A DNA stretch of 63,800 nucleotides, the filler included, from Klebsormidium nitens (lineage: Eukaryota > Plantae > Klebsormidiophyceae), in NCBI GenBank assembly GCA_000708835.1. It is 6 parts of 6 records of this genome, joined end to end, with 100 filler letters (N's around TTAATTAATTAA, not from the genome) between each part and the next. Parts side by side here need not be neighbours in the genome. Positions count along the whole stretch, not along the records: positions 61,430 to 63,800 come from DF238704.1; 5 more parts are not named here. One strand, written 5' to 3'. This document shows, in pieces, positions 61,430 through 63,800 of this stretch. The position numbers and the translations under genes are program-made. How positions within the stretch are numbered: position 1 is the first letter of the stretch; every line of letters starts with the position of its first letter. The notes below the pieces were generated by a model, which saw nothing but the letters and a program-made list of their open reading frames with translations, did not search any database and had not been told where the DNA came from.

Positions 61430-63800
61430 CAGGAGTTGCGGCCGCCGGCGCAGTCTTCGCGTACTTTGACGAGGTCTACGAGGTGCGCGGGGCTGAAACA
61501 AGGAGAGTGGGCCCGGTGCAGAAAACGAGAGCGGCCCTGGTCCCGCACGTTGTGGAAGTCGACGAGGCGGGCCGGCGCGCGCTACCCCCAGGCTGGAGGT
61601 ACACGGAAGGGGGGAACCGGGTGTTTCACGCGGGCGCCCTCAGTTTTGATGGACGGCACTGGCGCGGCGAAGAAGAGTGGGAGATCCAGGACAGGGCGGA
61701 GGCGCACATGGCGCTGGAGCTGCAGCGGGAGTGGCCGCAATGGGGCGACACGCTGCGCTTAATGGGGCAGTTGCAGAGACAGCGACCCCCACCGCCGCCG
61801 GACCAGGACGAGACTCTGCCGGCAGTGCAGGCTGGACGGCTCGGGGAAGAAGAACCCGGGTCGGATGGGGAGTACGAACCACCGCTGGGGGAGCCCTGGG
61901 GAGACTTGCCGGGGGCTTACATGGTGGGATTGCCGGAGGCAAACGAGCGCCGGCGCCCCCTGAGAGAACAGCTGAGGAAGATGGAACGGGACTGGGGCCA
62001 ACAGTGGGCAGGGATAGGACCGGAGCGGCTGCCGGTGCTGACGCAGTTTGGGAGCCGGCAGATCACGGTCCTCAGCCTCTTCGCTGGAATTGGTGCGGAG
62101 CTCGAGGGACTACTAAGGGCGGGGGAAAGTATCTCCAAGTTCCTTTATGTGCAGATAGACCCTGTTGCCCGCAAAGTCATGGAGCACCGCGTGAGATGCT
62201 TGCATCACCGCTTTCCGGAGGGGTTGCCCACGAGTGCGTTTGAGGGGTTTCTGACGGCGCTGCCAAGGACGTGCGAGACGTGGGGGACCGAGAGCTGAAC
62301 CGGTACGGGAAGATACACCTAGTGACGGTGTCCTCTCCCTGCCAGGGGCTTTCACGAGCCAACCATCAAGCGAAGGGGCTGGAGGACCCGCGGTCGGCGC
62401 TGATTCTCGAGGCGTGGCGCGTCATCTCCCACATCGCCAAGCGCCAGCAAGTGCCACCCGGTTTCATCTTCGAGATGGTGGACGCGGCAGATCACCAGAG
62501 CCCGGCGGCGCGGTGGGCGTTTGAGCTGATGGGGCGGGTCAGTGTGCTGCGGAGGGCCCGGACGCTGGGTGCGGATAGACGCGGCGAAAGTGGGGTCGCC
62601 GGCGCACAGGGTGAGAGTCTTCGGGACCAACTTGGCGCCCCCAGAAGAGCTGCAGGCGCGGTACAGAGACTTCCAGCGGGAGTGGGTCAACGACAAGCGG
62701 GAGGCGCAGGACGTCCTGGACACCGGGCGGATAGTTCAGGTGGCGCGAGCCAACGACGTGGAAGTTGGCCGCTACCACCCGATGAACGTCGCCGGCGAGC
62801 CCCTGCGGATCTTCCTCACGTTAGTAGCCACCCCGGGGTCGTATGCCTGGCGCCTGCACTCAAAAGACGTCCCGGGGCCTGGAATGGTCTACGACAAAAA
62901 CTTGAGAGAATGACAAGAGCCCAACGCCGGCGAGCGGGAGCGCATCATGGGGTTGCTGAGGGGCTCCAACGAGGCATGGGGGGTCAGCGAAGCAGACCGC
63001 CGGCGGCTGATTGGGGCGGCGATCGACGTGCGCGCGTACGCATGGCTCTGCAAGCAGATCATGCGGTGACGTGACGACGCCAATCACAACTAGGGGCGCG
63101 CGGGGGTCGCTGCGCCCCCGCAACAAGGATGTTCCGGGTCACCCGGAACAAAACCCAGGAGTGAACCAGCTGGCGGGCAATTGGAGCGTCAACCCGCAGC
63201 TGGGGGGGGGAGAGGATCCCAGGGGTGTGAAAAACCCAAGAAGAGCGAGGGGCCGGGGGGGCCCAGGGCGGAGATCGGAGAGTTTTTACCTACAGAAGGC
63301 GCCGGCGCAGAAGAGGAGGCGGTTGAGATCGAAGGGCTGCGCTCTCTCGCGCACGGCGGACAAGAGATAGGGCCTGAGTGGCCGGAAGCGGTGCCGGCGG
63401 CGGCGGTTGGTCCAAACCCCAAGGAGAAAGGTGCGGAGCGGTTCGGGAAGGGCGCGGAGGAGCCATTCGAGTAGGGAGCCGAGCAGATCTGGCCGGGGCT
63501 GAGCGAGGCGCAGAGAGAACGGGTTGTGGAGCTGCTCGAAGGGTTTCGGGAGATCTTCGCCTGGTCGATCTACGACCTCAGCGACACGGCAATAGAGGGG
63601 GTGGAGTTCGAAGTGGAGTTCACGGACGACAAGCCCATCTTCGCGCCCCGCCGGCCGTTCTCCCAGTACGAACACGAGCTGTTGAAGGCCTACTGCGAGG
63701 AACGGGAGGCGGCAAAGCTGATAACGAGGCTGAAGCTGCCATCTGGGGTGAAAGAGCCAAACTGCGCGCCGACGGTGATGCCACGGAAGAAGGACGCTGA
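61430..63800 (+). mobile_element. Ty3/Gypsy retrotransposon pol with an embedded C5 DNA cytosine methyltransferase domain upstream of RT; decayed copy truncated by the gap and window end
   Basis: DNMT motifs at about 62062-63070: I VLSLFAGIG, II YVQIDP, III DVRDV, IV SSPCQGLS, VI FIFEMV, VIII DAAKVGSPAHRVRVFGTN, IX EPNAGERERIMG, X RRRLIGAAID. Then the Gypsy pre-RT region ELLEGFREIFAWSIYDL...KPIFAPRRPFSQYE...APTVMPRKKD. Frameshifts at about 62266 (-1) and 62535 (+1); stops at 62911, 63067, 63091 and 63472. Confidence 0.88.

Overview
Eukaryotic nuclear scaffold with intron-rich genes, GC-rich exons and five 100-nt gaps, each padded with an NNN-TTAATTAATTAA-NNN spacer. Gene content fits a streptophyte green alga (Klebsormidium-like; this is an inference). 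Left part (1-32 kb): the 3' end of a LINE, four intact spliced genes whose exons I reconstructed in frame (sarcosine/pipecolate oxidase, eIF1A, a bacterial-type DUF900-like alpha/beta hydrolase with an uncertain 5' end, NSE1), and a frameshifted MurG fragment. Middle (33-46 kb): an inverted pair of decayed paralogues of an unknown gene, flanking a MITE and a 499-aa orphan gene with an internally repeated domain. Right (46-63.8 kb): mobile-element-rich. It holds an LTR-end/PBS remnant embedded in tRNA-like sequence; a gap-bounded, intronless 4.9-kb virus-like contig (Prim-Pol/D5 primase-helicase, a divergent tyrosine recombinase and orphan ORFs, resembling a Polinton-like virus or virophage-type integrating element); a zinc-knuckle ORF; and a decayed Ty3/Gypsy pol carrying a C5 cytosine methyltransferase in front of RT. 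Three unrelated host genes also carry local ~120-140-bp duplications of a splice junction, including a triplicated start of the NSE1 RING exon. All assignments are by eye from motifs; no searches were run.
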